Shown here: one piece after another, positions 18,515 to 28,961 of the stretch
Position numbering within the stretch: the first letter of the stretch is position 1
Layout of the letters: each line of letters begins with the position of its first letter
NCBI GenBank assembly: GCA_013112575.1
Contig: JABFGG010000003.1
Coordinates: forward strand, 324,997 to 388,996
DNA length: 64,000 nt
Direction of reading: 5' to 3'
Source: Chloroflexota bacterium
GTDB lineage: Bacteria > Chloroflexota > Anaerolineae > Anaerolineales > UBA11579
Translations under genes and position numbers: made by a program
The notes under the pieces: generated by a model
The model's database searches: none
What the model saw: the letters and a program-made list of their open reading frames with translations, nothing else
What the model was told of the DNA's origin: nothing

Positions 18515-21055
18515 ATGCGTTATGGCCATTTCGATGATGAACGCCGCGAGTATTTAATTACGCGGCCAGATACTCCTTTGCCGTGGATAAACTACCTCGG
18601 TACTGAAGACTATTTTGGGCTGATCTCCAATACAGCTGGCGGCTATTCTTTTTATAAAGATGCTCGCCTTCGCCGCCTGACCCGTTACCGCTACAATCAT
18701 GCTCCTTTAGATATGGGGGGACGGTATATTTACCTGCGTGACGATGCCCCCAGTCTTTCTGAGCCTCAGGTTTGGTCCCCCTCCTGGATGCCAGTTCAGC
18801 GTAAATTAGATTCCTACGAATGCCGGCATGGGATGGGTTACACCACGATCCAAACGCAACTGGCAGATATCGAATCCCAAACCCGCTATTTTGTGCCGCT
18901 TGATGAAAGTTTAGAGATCTGGGAACTGAACCTCACAAACCATCGCTCTGAAGCCGCGGACCTATCCATCTTCTCTGCTGTCGAATTCTGTTTGTGGGAT
19001 GCGTTGGATGATGCTACAAATTTCCAGCGCAATTACTCCATTGGTGAAATTGAGGTCTGGGCCGACCTCGATTCTTCTCCTTGGCCCCTCCCTCACCAAG
19101 GGGGAGGGGCTTCTCCTGGAGAAGTCATCATTCATAAAAGCGAATATCGTGAACGTCGTAACCATTTTGCCTACTTCACTTGCTCCGAAAAACTGGCTGG
19201 CTACGATACCGACCGCGAAGCTTTCCTTGGCCTCTCGCATGGCTGGGATGCTCCTGTAGGAGTGGAAGCGGGCCAATTGTCGAACTCGATCGGACTCGGC
19301 TGGCAACCCATCGGGGCACAACACATCAAAGTCCACCTGGAGGCAGGGGAGCAAAAGAAGATCATTTTCCTCCTTGGCTACCATGAGAATCCCAAAGACG
19401 ATAAATTCGATCCTCCTGATTCGCAGAACGTAAATAGAAAGACTGTTTTACCCATAATCAGTAAATACCTGGATCCCAATGAGGTGCAAAAGGCATTTGA
19501 GGATTTGCGTGAATACTGGGATGAACTGCTTGGGAAGTTCACGGTGAACACACCGGATGTGCATACCAACCGCATGGTCAATGTCTGGAATGCCTACCAG
19601 AACATGATCACATTCAATCTGTCTCGTTCGGCTTCTTATTTTGAGAGCGGCATTGGGCGCGGTATGGGTTTTCGTGATTCCAATCAGGATTTGCTTGGGT
19701 TTGTACACCTCATCCCTGAGCGTGCCCGGGAGCGCATCCTGGACCTGGCAGCCACACAACTGCCTACTGGCGGAGCCTACCACCAGTACCAGCCGCTAAC
19801 CAAACGCGGCAACAACGATATCGGCTCTAACTTCAACGACGATCCCCTCTGGTTGGTGCTATCCGTGGTGGCCTACGTCAAGGAAACCGGGGATTGGAAC
19901 ATGCTGAATGAACCTGTGCCCTATGACAACCAGCCGGGTAGCGAGGCACCCCTTTATGACCATGTGCAGCGCTCGATCAAATACACGATGGATCGCTTGG
20001 GCCCGAATGGATTACCTCTCATCGGGCGTGCCGATTGGAACGACTGCCTTAATCTGAACGCCTTCTCCGATTCCCCCGGGCAATCTTTCCAGACCACGAC
20101 GAACAGAGATGGCAAAGTGGCTGAGAGTGTCTTCATTGCAGGTTTGTTTGTGCTCGCAGTGGGTGAACTTATTGAATTAACTAAGAAATGGAATGCAGAT
20201 CTATCTACGGCCGATTTCCCACTTAGTCTTCAAGATATGCAAAATGCAAAGGACAGCATTGAATCTGCTGTCTTGGGCGCGGGGTGGGATGGGGATTGGT
20301 TTCGCCGAGCTTATGATAACTTTGGCCACGTCCTTGGTTCGAAAGAAAACGATGAGGGTCGCATCTTCATTGAGCCGCAAGGGCTTTGCATTATGTCTGG
20401 TATGGGCCTTGAGGATGGCCGCGCCCAGAAAGCTTTGGACTCTGTAGCAGAACATCTTGCCACACCCCACGGCATTGTGCTGCACCAGCCTGCCTTCACA
20501 AAATACTATTTACATCTCGGTGAGATCTCGTCCTATCCTCCCGGCTACAAGGAAAATGCCGGGGTTTTCTGCCACACCAATCCCTGGATCATGATCGCCG
20601 AAACCAAAATTGGGCGCGGCGATAACGCTTTCGATTATTACCAACGCATCAACCCTTCTGCGCGAGAAGAGATCAGTGAGGTGCATCGCTCTGAGCCGTA
20701 CGTTTATGCCCAAATGATCGCGGGTAAGGATGCACCTAAGCATGGTGAGGCGAAAAACTCCTGGCTGACGGGGACGGCTGCCTGGAACTACGTCGCCATA
20801 ACCCAGTGGGTCCTTGGCATCCGCCCGACCTACGATGGTTTACAGATTGCACCCGTTGTCCCAGCTGATTGGGATAGCTTTGAAGCTGAACGCAGCTATC
20901 GGGGTGTGCGTTATTTGATACATGTAGAGAGGACTGGGCCGGGGAACGAGGTGGTCTTAGAGTTTGACGGAAAACCTCTTGAGGGAAACATTGTGCCTAT
21001 CCCAACGAATGGAAAAACAGAAGTTCAGGTCAAGGCTAAATTAGGAAAAAAGTGA
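18515..21055 (+). CDS. GH94 cellobiose phosphorylase
   Basis: MRYGHFDD..EY.IT.PDTPLPWINYLG, GRGMGFRDSNQD, ADWNDC, GYKENAG.F.H, SWLTGTAAW. Confidence 0.92.
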   Translation: MRYGHFDDERREYLITRPDTPLPWINYLGTEDYFGLISNTAGGYSFYKDARLRRLTRYRYNHAPLDMGGRYIYLRDDAPSLSEPQVWSPSWMPVQRKLDSYECRHGMGYTTIQTQLADIESQTRYFVPLDESLEIWELNLTNHRSEAADLSIFSAVEFCLWDALDDATNFQRNYSIGEIEVWADLDSSPWPLPHQGGGASPGEVIIHKSEYRERRNHFAYFTCSEKLAGYDTDREAFLGLSHGWDAPVGVEAGQLSNSIGLGWQPIGAQHIKVHLEAGEQKKIIFLLGYHENPKDDKFDPPDSQNVNRKTVLPIISKYLDPNEVQKAFEDLREYWDELLGKFTVNTPDVHTNRMVNVWNAYQNMITFNLSRSASYFESGIGRGMGFRDSNQDLLGFVHLIPERARERILDLAATQLPTGGAYHQYQPLTKRGNNDIGSNFNDDPLWLVLSVVAYVKETGDWNMLNEPVPYDNQPGSEAPLYDHVQRSIKYTMDRLGPNGLPLIGRADWNDCLNLNAFSDSPGQSFQTTTNRDGKVAESVFIAGLFVLAVGELIELTKKWNADLSTADFPLSLQDMQNAKDSIESAVLGAGWDGDWFRRAYDNFGHVLGSKENDEGRIFIEPQGLCIMSGMGLEDGRAQKALDSVAEHLATPHGIVLHQPAFTKYYLHLGEISSYPPGYKENAGVFCHTNPWIMIAETKIGRGDNAFDYYQRINPSAREEISEVHRSEPYVYAQMIAGKDAPKHGEAKNSWLTGTAAWNYVAITQWVLGIRPTYDGLQIAPVVPADWDSFEAERSYRGVRYLIHVERTGPGNEVVLEFDGKPLEGNIVPIPTNGKTEVQVKAKLGKK

Positions 21056-21063
21056 GGAAATAA

Positions 21064-22401
<1,338 letters not shown>

Positions 22402-22415
22402 AACAAGGGACTCTT

Positions 22416-24812
22416 ATGCAATACGGGCACTTTGACGATCAAGCCAAAGAATACGTCATCACTCGCCCGGATACTCCCCAATCGTGGAGTAACTATCTCG
22501 GCTCGACAGAGTACGGCGCTATCATCACCAATAACGCAGGTGGTTATGGTTTTTATCGTTCCGGGGCGCGTGGGCGCTTTCTGCGTTTGCGCTTCAACAG
22601 CGTGCCGCTGGACCAGCCAGGGCGCTATTTCTATGTTCGTGACAATGCCAATCAGGACTATTGGTCAGCATCGTGGCAGCCTGTGGGAAAGCCACTGGAT
22701 GAGTACCAGACAACCTGTCGCCACGGTACCGCCTACACGGTCATCGAGTCACGCTATGCGGAAATCGCCACAGAAGCCACCTACTTTGTTCCGCTTGGAC
22801 AAAACTTTGAATACTGGCGACTAAAAGTCACCAATCAGAGTGACCATCCCCGCGACCTTTCCCTGTTCACCTTTTGCGAATTCACCAATCAGTGGGACAC
22901 GTTTCAGGACAGGGTCAATCTTCAGTATTCGCTTTTCATTGTGCGCGGCGAACAAACAGATGACAAACTGCTGCGGATTGCTATTCAGGATAATTTGACT
23001 CGCGAAACGGAAGAAGACCTCCAGCAGGACATAGCCAGTCTTTCCTGGATGGGGCTAGTAGGTTCCAGTATTGATGGCTTTGATACCAGCCGTGAGGCTT
23101 TCCTGGGCAATTATCGCAGTTACCATAATCCGCTCGCGGTAGAACAGGGAACTTGCACCGGTAGCCAGGCTTATGGCGATAATGCCTGTGGCAGCCTGCA
23201 AAGTAACCTCATCCTCCAGCCAGGTGACTCCCGCGAGATATTGGTTCTGCTTGGCATTGGTGATGCGCGTTCAGTGGGCAAGAAGATCATGGCTGAATTC
23301 GGCTCGCTTGAACGTGCCGAAGCCGAGTTGAAAAGGCTCAAGGATAACTGGCATGCCAAACTCGGCAGCCTCACTGTAGAAACACCTGATGAGGAATTCA
23401 ATCACACTCTCAATGTATGGGGCTTATATAACTGCCTGATCAACTTTGCATGGTCGCGCGCGGCCAGCCTCGTTTACAACGGAGAGCGTGATGGATTGGG
23501 CTTCCGTGACTCTGTACAAGATACCCTTGGGGTAGTGGCTGCCATTCCTGAGGAGGCCCGCCAACGGCTGGAACTTATGTTGACCGGCCAACTTGTCAAC
23601 GGTGGAGCCATTCCCATCATCAAGCCCTTTGAACACCAACCGGGCCATGAAGCGCCCCCTCCTGATGAAGAATACCGCTCTGATGATTGTCTATGGTTCT
23701 TTAACGCCGTACCGGCCTATGTAAATGAGAACGGCGACTTCGAATTCTACAACAAGGTGTTGCCCTACGCCGACCAGGGCGAAGCCACTGTCTTCGGACA
23801 TTTACGACGAGCGCTGGAATTCAATCTGGAGCGTATGGGTTCCCACGGACTGTTTTGTGGCCTCTCTGCGGACTGGAATGACTGTTTGCGGCTGGGTTAT
23901 TTTGGTGAAAGCCTGTTTGTCGCTTTTCAGGTGCGCCTTGGTTTGACCGTCTATGCAGATATAGCAGAACAACTTGATAAAGTTGAAGAAGCAGCCTGGG
24001 CTTTAGGTCAACGCAGTATATTGGATGATAGCATCCAGACCCATGCCTGGGATGGAGACTGGTTTATCTGGGCGATCGGTGAAGATGGCACTGTTTACGG
24101 AACAAAAGAGTATGAAGAAGGTCAAATCTATTTAAACACCCAGGTTTGGGCAGTTATTAGTGGGGCGGCTACGCCTGAACAAGCCACCCGCTGCATGGAG
24201 ACTGTCCAGGAAAAATTGGCAACTCCCTACGGGTTGATGCTTTCCTCTCCGCCTTTTGTGAAGACACCCATTGATGTAATGCGGGCTGTGGTGTTTAATC
24301 CGGGCATCAAAGAGAATGCTGGCATCTTCAACCACACTCAGGGCTGGGGGGTGATGGCCGAATGTATGCTGGCCAACGGCGACCGTGCTTTTGAATACTA
24401 TCGGACCGCCATGCCCGCTGCCTATAACACGCGTGCTGAAATTCGCCAGTCCGAACCCTACGTGCAGGCACAAACCACGTACTCTACCTACTCTCCCCGT
24501 CCAGGCAATGCACGCACTTCCTGGCTAACCGGTGCGGCAGCCTGGAGTTATTTCAGCGCAACCCAGTATATTCTTGGTATCCGCCCAGAAGCAGATGGCC
24601 TGCGCATCGACCCTTGCATCCCTTCAGCCTGGGATGGCTTTTCTGCCACACGCCATTTCCAGGGCAAGATTATACAGATCGACGTCCATAACCCCAAGCA
24701 TATCTGTAAAGGCGTTTCCAGGATGATCGTGGATGGAAAAGAAACCATGGGTAATATGATCACCGTAGATTTACCTGGCGATAAACACAAGGTTGAGATC
24801 TGGCTGGGATAG
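22416..24812 (+). CDS. GH94 phosphorylase (chitobiose/cellodextrin phosphorylase type)
   Basis: RDGLGFRDSVQD, ADWNDC, GIKENAGIF.H, SWLTG.A.W. Confidence 0.9.
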   Translation: MQYGHFDDQAKEYVITRPDTPQSWSNYLGSTEYGAIITNNAGGYGFYRSGARGRFLRLRFNSVPLDQPGRYFYVRDNANQDYWSASWQPVGKPLDEYQTTCRHGTAYTVIESRYAEIATEATYFVPLGQNFEYWRLKVTNQSDHPRDLSLFTFCEFTNQWDTFQDRVNLQYSLFIVRGEQTDDKLLRIAIQDNLTRETEEDLQQDIASLSWMGLVGSSIDGFDTSREAFLGNYRSYHNPLAVEQGTCTGSQAYGDNACGSLQSNLILQPGDSREILVLLGIGDARSVGKKIMAEFGSLERAEAELKRLKDNWHAKLGSLTVETPDEEFNHTLNVWGLYNCLINFAWSRAASLVYNGERDGLGFRDSVQDTLGVVAAIPEEARQRLELMLTGQLVNGGAIPIIKPFEHQPGHEAPPPDEEYRSDDCLWFFNAVPAYVNENGDFEFYNKVLPYADQGEATVFGHLRRALEFNLERMGSHGLFCGLSADWNDCLRLGYFGESLFVAFQVRLGLTVYADIAEQLDKVEEAAWALGQRSILDDSIQTHAWDGDWFIWAIGEDGTVYGTKEYEEGQIYLNTQVWAVISGAATPEQATRCMETVQEKLATPYGLMLSSPPFVKTPIDVMRAVVFNPGIKENAGIFNHTQGWGVMAECMLANGDRAFEYYRTAMPAAYNTRAEIRQSEPYVQAQTTYSTYSPRPGNARTSWLTGAAAWSYFSATQYILGIRPEADGLRIDPCIPSAWDGFSATRHFQGKIIQIDVHNPKHICKGVSRMIVDGKETMGNMITVDLPGDKHKVEIWLG

Positions 24813-24985
24813 GGAAGAAGCGAAAGCCTTCCCCTTTAGGTAAACTTAGCTTTGATTAGAGTAAATCAGACCCGATAACAGGATTTGTAGCTCTGATTTT
24901 GTCGGTATATTAGATGCGTAGGGGAAGCATCTAATACTTTAAAGCAAAATAGCGCTCAAACGGGCGCTATGATGAGGACTATTCT

Positions 24986-25186
24986 TTACCCAACGTGCTC
25001 CGGACAGGCGCTTTTGTCCTGGAGATTGCAAATGGAGTAGTGCGAGCAGTTGCGTTTGGATACGCGCGGCGGGTCGGGGAGCAGGTCTATGGGAAATACC
25101 ATGACGGTTTCAATGGCAACCTGGCATTGGGCATGGTGACAGAAGGGGGTTTCCAGTTTGTCGGTCTCAGTAGGAACTGTACTCAT
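24986..25186 (-). CDS. Small Cys/His-rich hypothetical protein
   Basis: 66 aa; CHHAQC and CSHYSIC..C motifs; GGAGAG SD; upstream palindrome and downstream hairpin. Confidence 0.5.
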   Translation of the reverse strand: MSTVPTETDKLETPFCHHAQCQVAIETVMVFPIDLLPDPPRVSKRNCSHYSICNLQDKSACPEHVG

Positions 25187-25372
25187 GACACTCTCCTAAG
25201 TATCTGGTTGTGCAAATTGAGTGTATTAGATTTATAGCCTGGCAACATGTGTCAACTGTCATTCTATTCGGAGGACGTATGTCCTATTCCTTCAGTTATT
25301 TATCTGGAAGAGGGCAAAAAAAGGAGCCACAATATTTATGACTCCTTGATATTTAGATCGATTGTAAGGTGG

Positions 25373-25957
25373 CTAACGATCTAAAGCTGCGGAAACCTGG
25401 GAAGCCAGGTCAAGGATCGGCACGTACATGACGCCGCCATTTTCCGGAGCGCCGTAATCGCGGATCCAGGCGATATGACCTGTGCTATCTACAAGCACAA
25501 AAGTATGCCCGGGTTCACCTGTGCCCACGGCCCATTGAAGCACATCATAGCTTTCGGATACTTCTTGTGTGCTGTCGGTTAATAGGGGTACCCCGAAGAT
25601 GCCATACTCATCAGCCCCTTGAGAGAGTTCCTGCTGACTATCAAATGCAATGCTGACTACATCGACGCCAAGTGCCTGGAATTCTGAGTCGTTTTGCAGA
25701 TCAACGATCTGCTCCATGCAAGGCGGTCAACCCATTGCCATATGGAAATAAAGTAATACGGGCTTCTGCCGGTTTGTGTAGTCTGTCAAGGAAACACTCT
25801 GCCCGTTGGCGTTGGTCAAGGTGAAGTCTGGAGCTTGATCCCCAATTGCCAGTCCGCTTGTATCCGATCCGCAAGCAGCTAAAGCAAGGCTAAGCAACAC
25901 TACTAAGCTGACAAAAGCTAGTTTTTGCATGCTCTGTTGATCAGCATATCTCTTCAT
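25373..25957 (-). CDS. Selenocysteine-containing AhpC/TSA (thioredoxin-fold) lipoprotein, UxxC
   Basis: ORFs 25727-25957 and 25373-25717 are in frame across TGA (25727-25729): LLYFHMAMG-U-PPC-MEQ; lipobox LAAC; GDQAPDFTL; SECIS-like hairpin at 25696-25712. Confidence 0.88.
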
Positions 25958-26134
25958 GGAAATCTCCTTTCATTTGGTTAAAACCATTATTGGTGATTGT
26001 TTGTCTTATTTGTCTTCTAGTATGCCTGTTCATGGGGTAGATTCAGGGGGCAATTGTCCCCAAAAGGGGGTGACATTTGTAGCTTTTTGATAAATATGCT
26101 GGGTTTATACAGGCAACACCTTTATAATCAGGAC

Positions 26135-27034
26135 ATGCGCAAACTTATCCTTCTTTCCCTGCTTTTCGTTCTCTTTGTTTTGCCGTTAAATGTAGCTGCC
26201 CAAGAAAGCATTCTCATCGATACAATGCTGGTCCAATTGTGGCCAGAGTACGATCGTGATGAAATGCTGGTGATCTATCGCATCCAGCTCTCGGCAGACT
26301 TAAATTACCCGGTTGCAATCAGCCTACCCATGCCTACTGCGGCAGGCGAGCCCAATGCTGTTGCCGTGCCTGGTGATGCCGGTAACCTTGTGCTCACACC
26401 CTATGAAATGGATGAGCAAGGGGAGTGGACCTTTGTTAATTTTACGGTGGAAACGCCCATTGTGCAGTTCGAGTATTATGACCCTGGCTTATCCACTAGT
26501 TCGGACGAGCGCCAATATCAATATCTGTGGGAAGGTCAGTATGCTGTCGAAGCGTTTTCCGTTCAGGTGCAACAACCTGTTGGGGCTTCACAAATGCAAA
26601 CATCTCCTGGACTGGATGCGCCAGTTCAAGGGCCGGATAGCTTGCAATATCACAATGGAGATCTTGGGTCTGCATCTGCAGGACAGGAAGTCACCCTGGA
26701 TATTTCCTATACCAAAGCAGCAGATACACTTTCCGCAGAGGCCGTGAGCCAGACCGGCGCTGATGACCCTGGGGTATCCGTGGTTGCCAATTCCATCGAT
26801 TGGGTGCGTTGGGTTGGTTGGGGATTAGGTATCCTTGGGGTGGGCATATTGGGATTTGCCGGTTACCGTTGGCTAAACCCTGTCGCACAAAAAGATACTT
26901 TCCGGCAGGGGCGGCGGGGAACAGCCAGTAAGAAAACCAGAAGTAGCATAAATGTCTTTTGCCACAATTGCGGCATGCAAGCGAAGGCAGGGGATAAATT
27001 CTGCAGGGAGTGCGGTACGGCCTTACGGTTGTGA
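26135..27034 (+). CDS. Secreted/membrane protein with C-terminal zinc ribbon
   Basis: Signal peptide MRKLILL, one TM segment, CHNCG..FCRECG. Confidence 0.75.
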   Translation: MRKLILLSLLFVLFVLPLNVAAQESILIDTMLVQLWPEYDRDEMLVIYRIQLSADLNYPVAISLPMPTAAGEPNAVAVPGDAGNLVLTPYEMDEQGEWTFVNFTVETPIVQFEYYDPGLSTSSDERQYQYLWEGQYAVEAFSVQVQQPVGASQMQTSPGLDAPVQGPDSLQYHNGDLGSASAGQEVTLDISYTKAADTLSAEAVSQTGADDPGVSVVANSIDWVRWVGWGLGILGVGILGFAGYRWLNPVAQKDTFRQGRRGTASKKTRSSINVFCHNCGMQAKAGDKFCRECGTALRL

Positions 27035-27048
27035 TTCAAGGTAGATGC

Positions 27049-27083
27049 AAAAGAGCTCCTCGTCAGAGGAGCTCTTTATTTTT
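27049..27083. terminator. Bidirectional intrinsic terminator
   Basis: aaaagagctcctc-gtca-gaggagctcttt between convergent genes. Confidence 0.8.
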
Positions 27084-27114
27084 AATGGTTCAGGTAAAGT
27101 TCTAGAAGCTAGAA

Positions 27115-28887
27115 CTACTCAGCAACATATTCAGCTGTGGCATAACCGGCATCGGCCCAACCACTGAAGCCACCTTTGAGGCTACGTACGTCTGTGTAAC
27201 CGTAGGCCCACATAATGGCTGCTGCGATGGTGGAGCGGTGTCCGCTGCCGCAATAGACAACGATGGTAGCATCCTTGTCGGCAGGCCATTCGTCGATCAT
27301 GTCAATGAAAGACTCAAGCGGAATGTGTTGCCATTCGCCTTCTGTGGCCACGATGCCTTTATCTTCCAGTTCTTCGAGGCGACGGCCATCGATCAGGATC
27401 AGATCCGGGTTTTCAACCAGTTCGGTGTTGAGGGCGTCGGCGGTGACAATGCCATATGGTTCCGGCATTACTTCAAGAGCCTGGGCCATGATCTCAACAT
27501 AGCGGGGGTCAACTTCGGCTGCGTTGAGCATTTCGGCTTCCGGCTCAATGCCTGCAACAACGGGATAACCAGCATCTACCCAACCACCATAGCTGCCGCC
27601 CTTGAGGCCGCGCACATCTTCCCAACCAGCGCCTTCCAGCAGGGTCAGGGCGATGGTGCAGCGCCAACCGCTACCGCAATAGGTCACGATGGGAGTGTCG
27701 AAGCTGGGCAAATAAGCCAGGTTGTCGGCCAGTTCGGGCAAGGGGATCAACACGGAACCTTCTATGTGGCCGCTGTCTTCCAACTCGGAGGCATTGCGCA
27801 CGTCCAACAGGAAGGGCGGTTCCTCGATCAACATAGTGTTGAGGGCGTCCAGGCTCATGGTGTTGTAGCCTTCCATGTCAGCAATGAAAGTGCTGAAGGC
27901 CGTATCCAGGTCATAAGCGCCACCAATGACGGGATAGCCATCTGCTACCCAGCCACCAAAGCCACCCTTGAGGCTGGAAACGTCGGTGTAGCCGTAGGCC
28001 CACAAAATGCTCATGGCGATAGTGGAACGGTGTCCACCTGCACAGTAAACGGCAATGGGGGCATCCAGGTCGGCGGGCCACTCGTCCTTCATGTCAATGA
28101 AGGTTTCCAGGGGGATGTGTGTCCAGTTAGCAGCTTCAATCGTGCCGTTGGCTTCCAGTTCTTCTGGGCGGCGGGCATCGATCACGATCAGGTCAGCGTT
28201 TTCTGCAATGGCGGAAGTGAGACCTTCGGCAGTCAGGACGCCGTAGTTCTCGGGCATTGTGGTGGAAAGAGCTTCATCGATGATGCTGACGAAAGCCTCG
28301 TTGGGGGAAGCACCGTTGAGCATTTCGGCTTCCGGCTCTGCGCCTTCAACGACGCCATAGCCAGCATCCACCCAACCACCGTAGCTGCCGCCCTTTAAGC
28401 CTTTGACATCTTCCCAGCCCAAGCCTTCCAGCATGGTCAGGGCGATGGTGCAGCGCCAGCCGCTACCGCAATAGCTGACGATGGGGGTATCGAAGCTGGG
28501 CAGATAGGCCAGATTGTCGGCCAGTTCGGGGAGGGGGATCAGCACGGAGCCTTCAATGTGACCGTTGGCTTCAACTTCTGAAGCATTGCGCACGTCCAAC
28601 AGGAAGGGCGGGCTTTCTGCCAATTGGGTGTTGAGGGCTTCCAGACCGATGGTATTGTAGGCTTCCATATCGGCCAGGAAAGTGCTGAAGGCTGCGTCCA
28701 TGTCTTCTTCAGCAAACTCGACCATGGGCTCTTCAACAACCGGTTCTTCGACGACCGGTTCTTCAACAACAGGTTCTTCAACGACTGGTTCTTCGACAAC
28801 CGGTTCGGCCACCGGGGTCCCGCAGGCAACAAGCAGCAGGCTCAGGAGGGCCAAGATGGTTATCAGTGTGAGGAAACGATTCTTCAT
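27115..28887 (-). CDS. Four-domain rhodanese (sulfurtransferase) lipoprotein
   Basis: Lipobox LVAC, EEPVV linker, four active-site loops CGSGWR, CAGGHR, CGSGWR, CGSGHR, each with LKGG..GW; internal 2x duplication. Confidence 0.92.
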   Translation of the reverse strand: MKNRFLTLITILALLSLLLVACGTPVAEPVVEEPVVEEPVVEEPVVEEPVVEEPMVEFAEEDMDAAFSTFLADMEAYNTIGLEALNTQLAESPPFLLDVRNASEVEANGHIEGSVLIPLPELADNLAYLPSFDTPIVSYCGSGWRCTIALTMLEGLGWEDVKGLKGGSYGGWVDAGYGVVEGAEPEAEMLNGASPNEAFVSIIDEALSTTMPENYGVLTAEGLTSAIAENADLIVIDARRPEELEANGTIEAANWTHIPLETFIDMKDEWPADLDAPIAVYCAGGHRSTIAMSILWAYGYTDVSSLKGGFGGWVADGYPVIGGAYDLDTAFSTFIADMEGYNTMSLDALNTMLIEEPPFLLDVRNASELEDSGHIEGSVLIPLPELADNLAYLPSFDTPIVTYCGSGWRCTIALTLLEGAGWEDVRGLKGGSYGGWVDAGYPVVAGIEPEAEMLNAAEVDPRYVEIMAQALEVMPEPYGIVTADALNTELVENPDLILIDGRRLEELEDKGIVATEGEWQHIPLESFIDMIDEWPADKDATIVVYCGSGHRSTIAAAIMWAYGYTDVRSLKGGFSGWADAGYATAEYVAE

Positions 28888-28961
28888 AATGTCTTTTCTC
28901 CTTATGACATTGATAGATTCATAGAGGTGAATGGCCTCTTAGATCGTTAAGTGGGTAGGGT

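Noticed and set aside
27238-28398. 386-aa plus-strand ORF (also 36549-37505 and 6513-7205)
   Set aside because: Antisense shadows of well-supported genes with biased codon usage; no motifs or RBS.
28727-28806. 15-bp tandem repeats (also ~12876-12963)
   Set aside because: They encode EEPVV/EEPAV lipoprotein linkers; no spacers, not a CRISPR array. No CRISPR array or cas gene was seen in the window.
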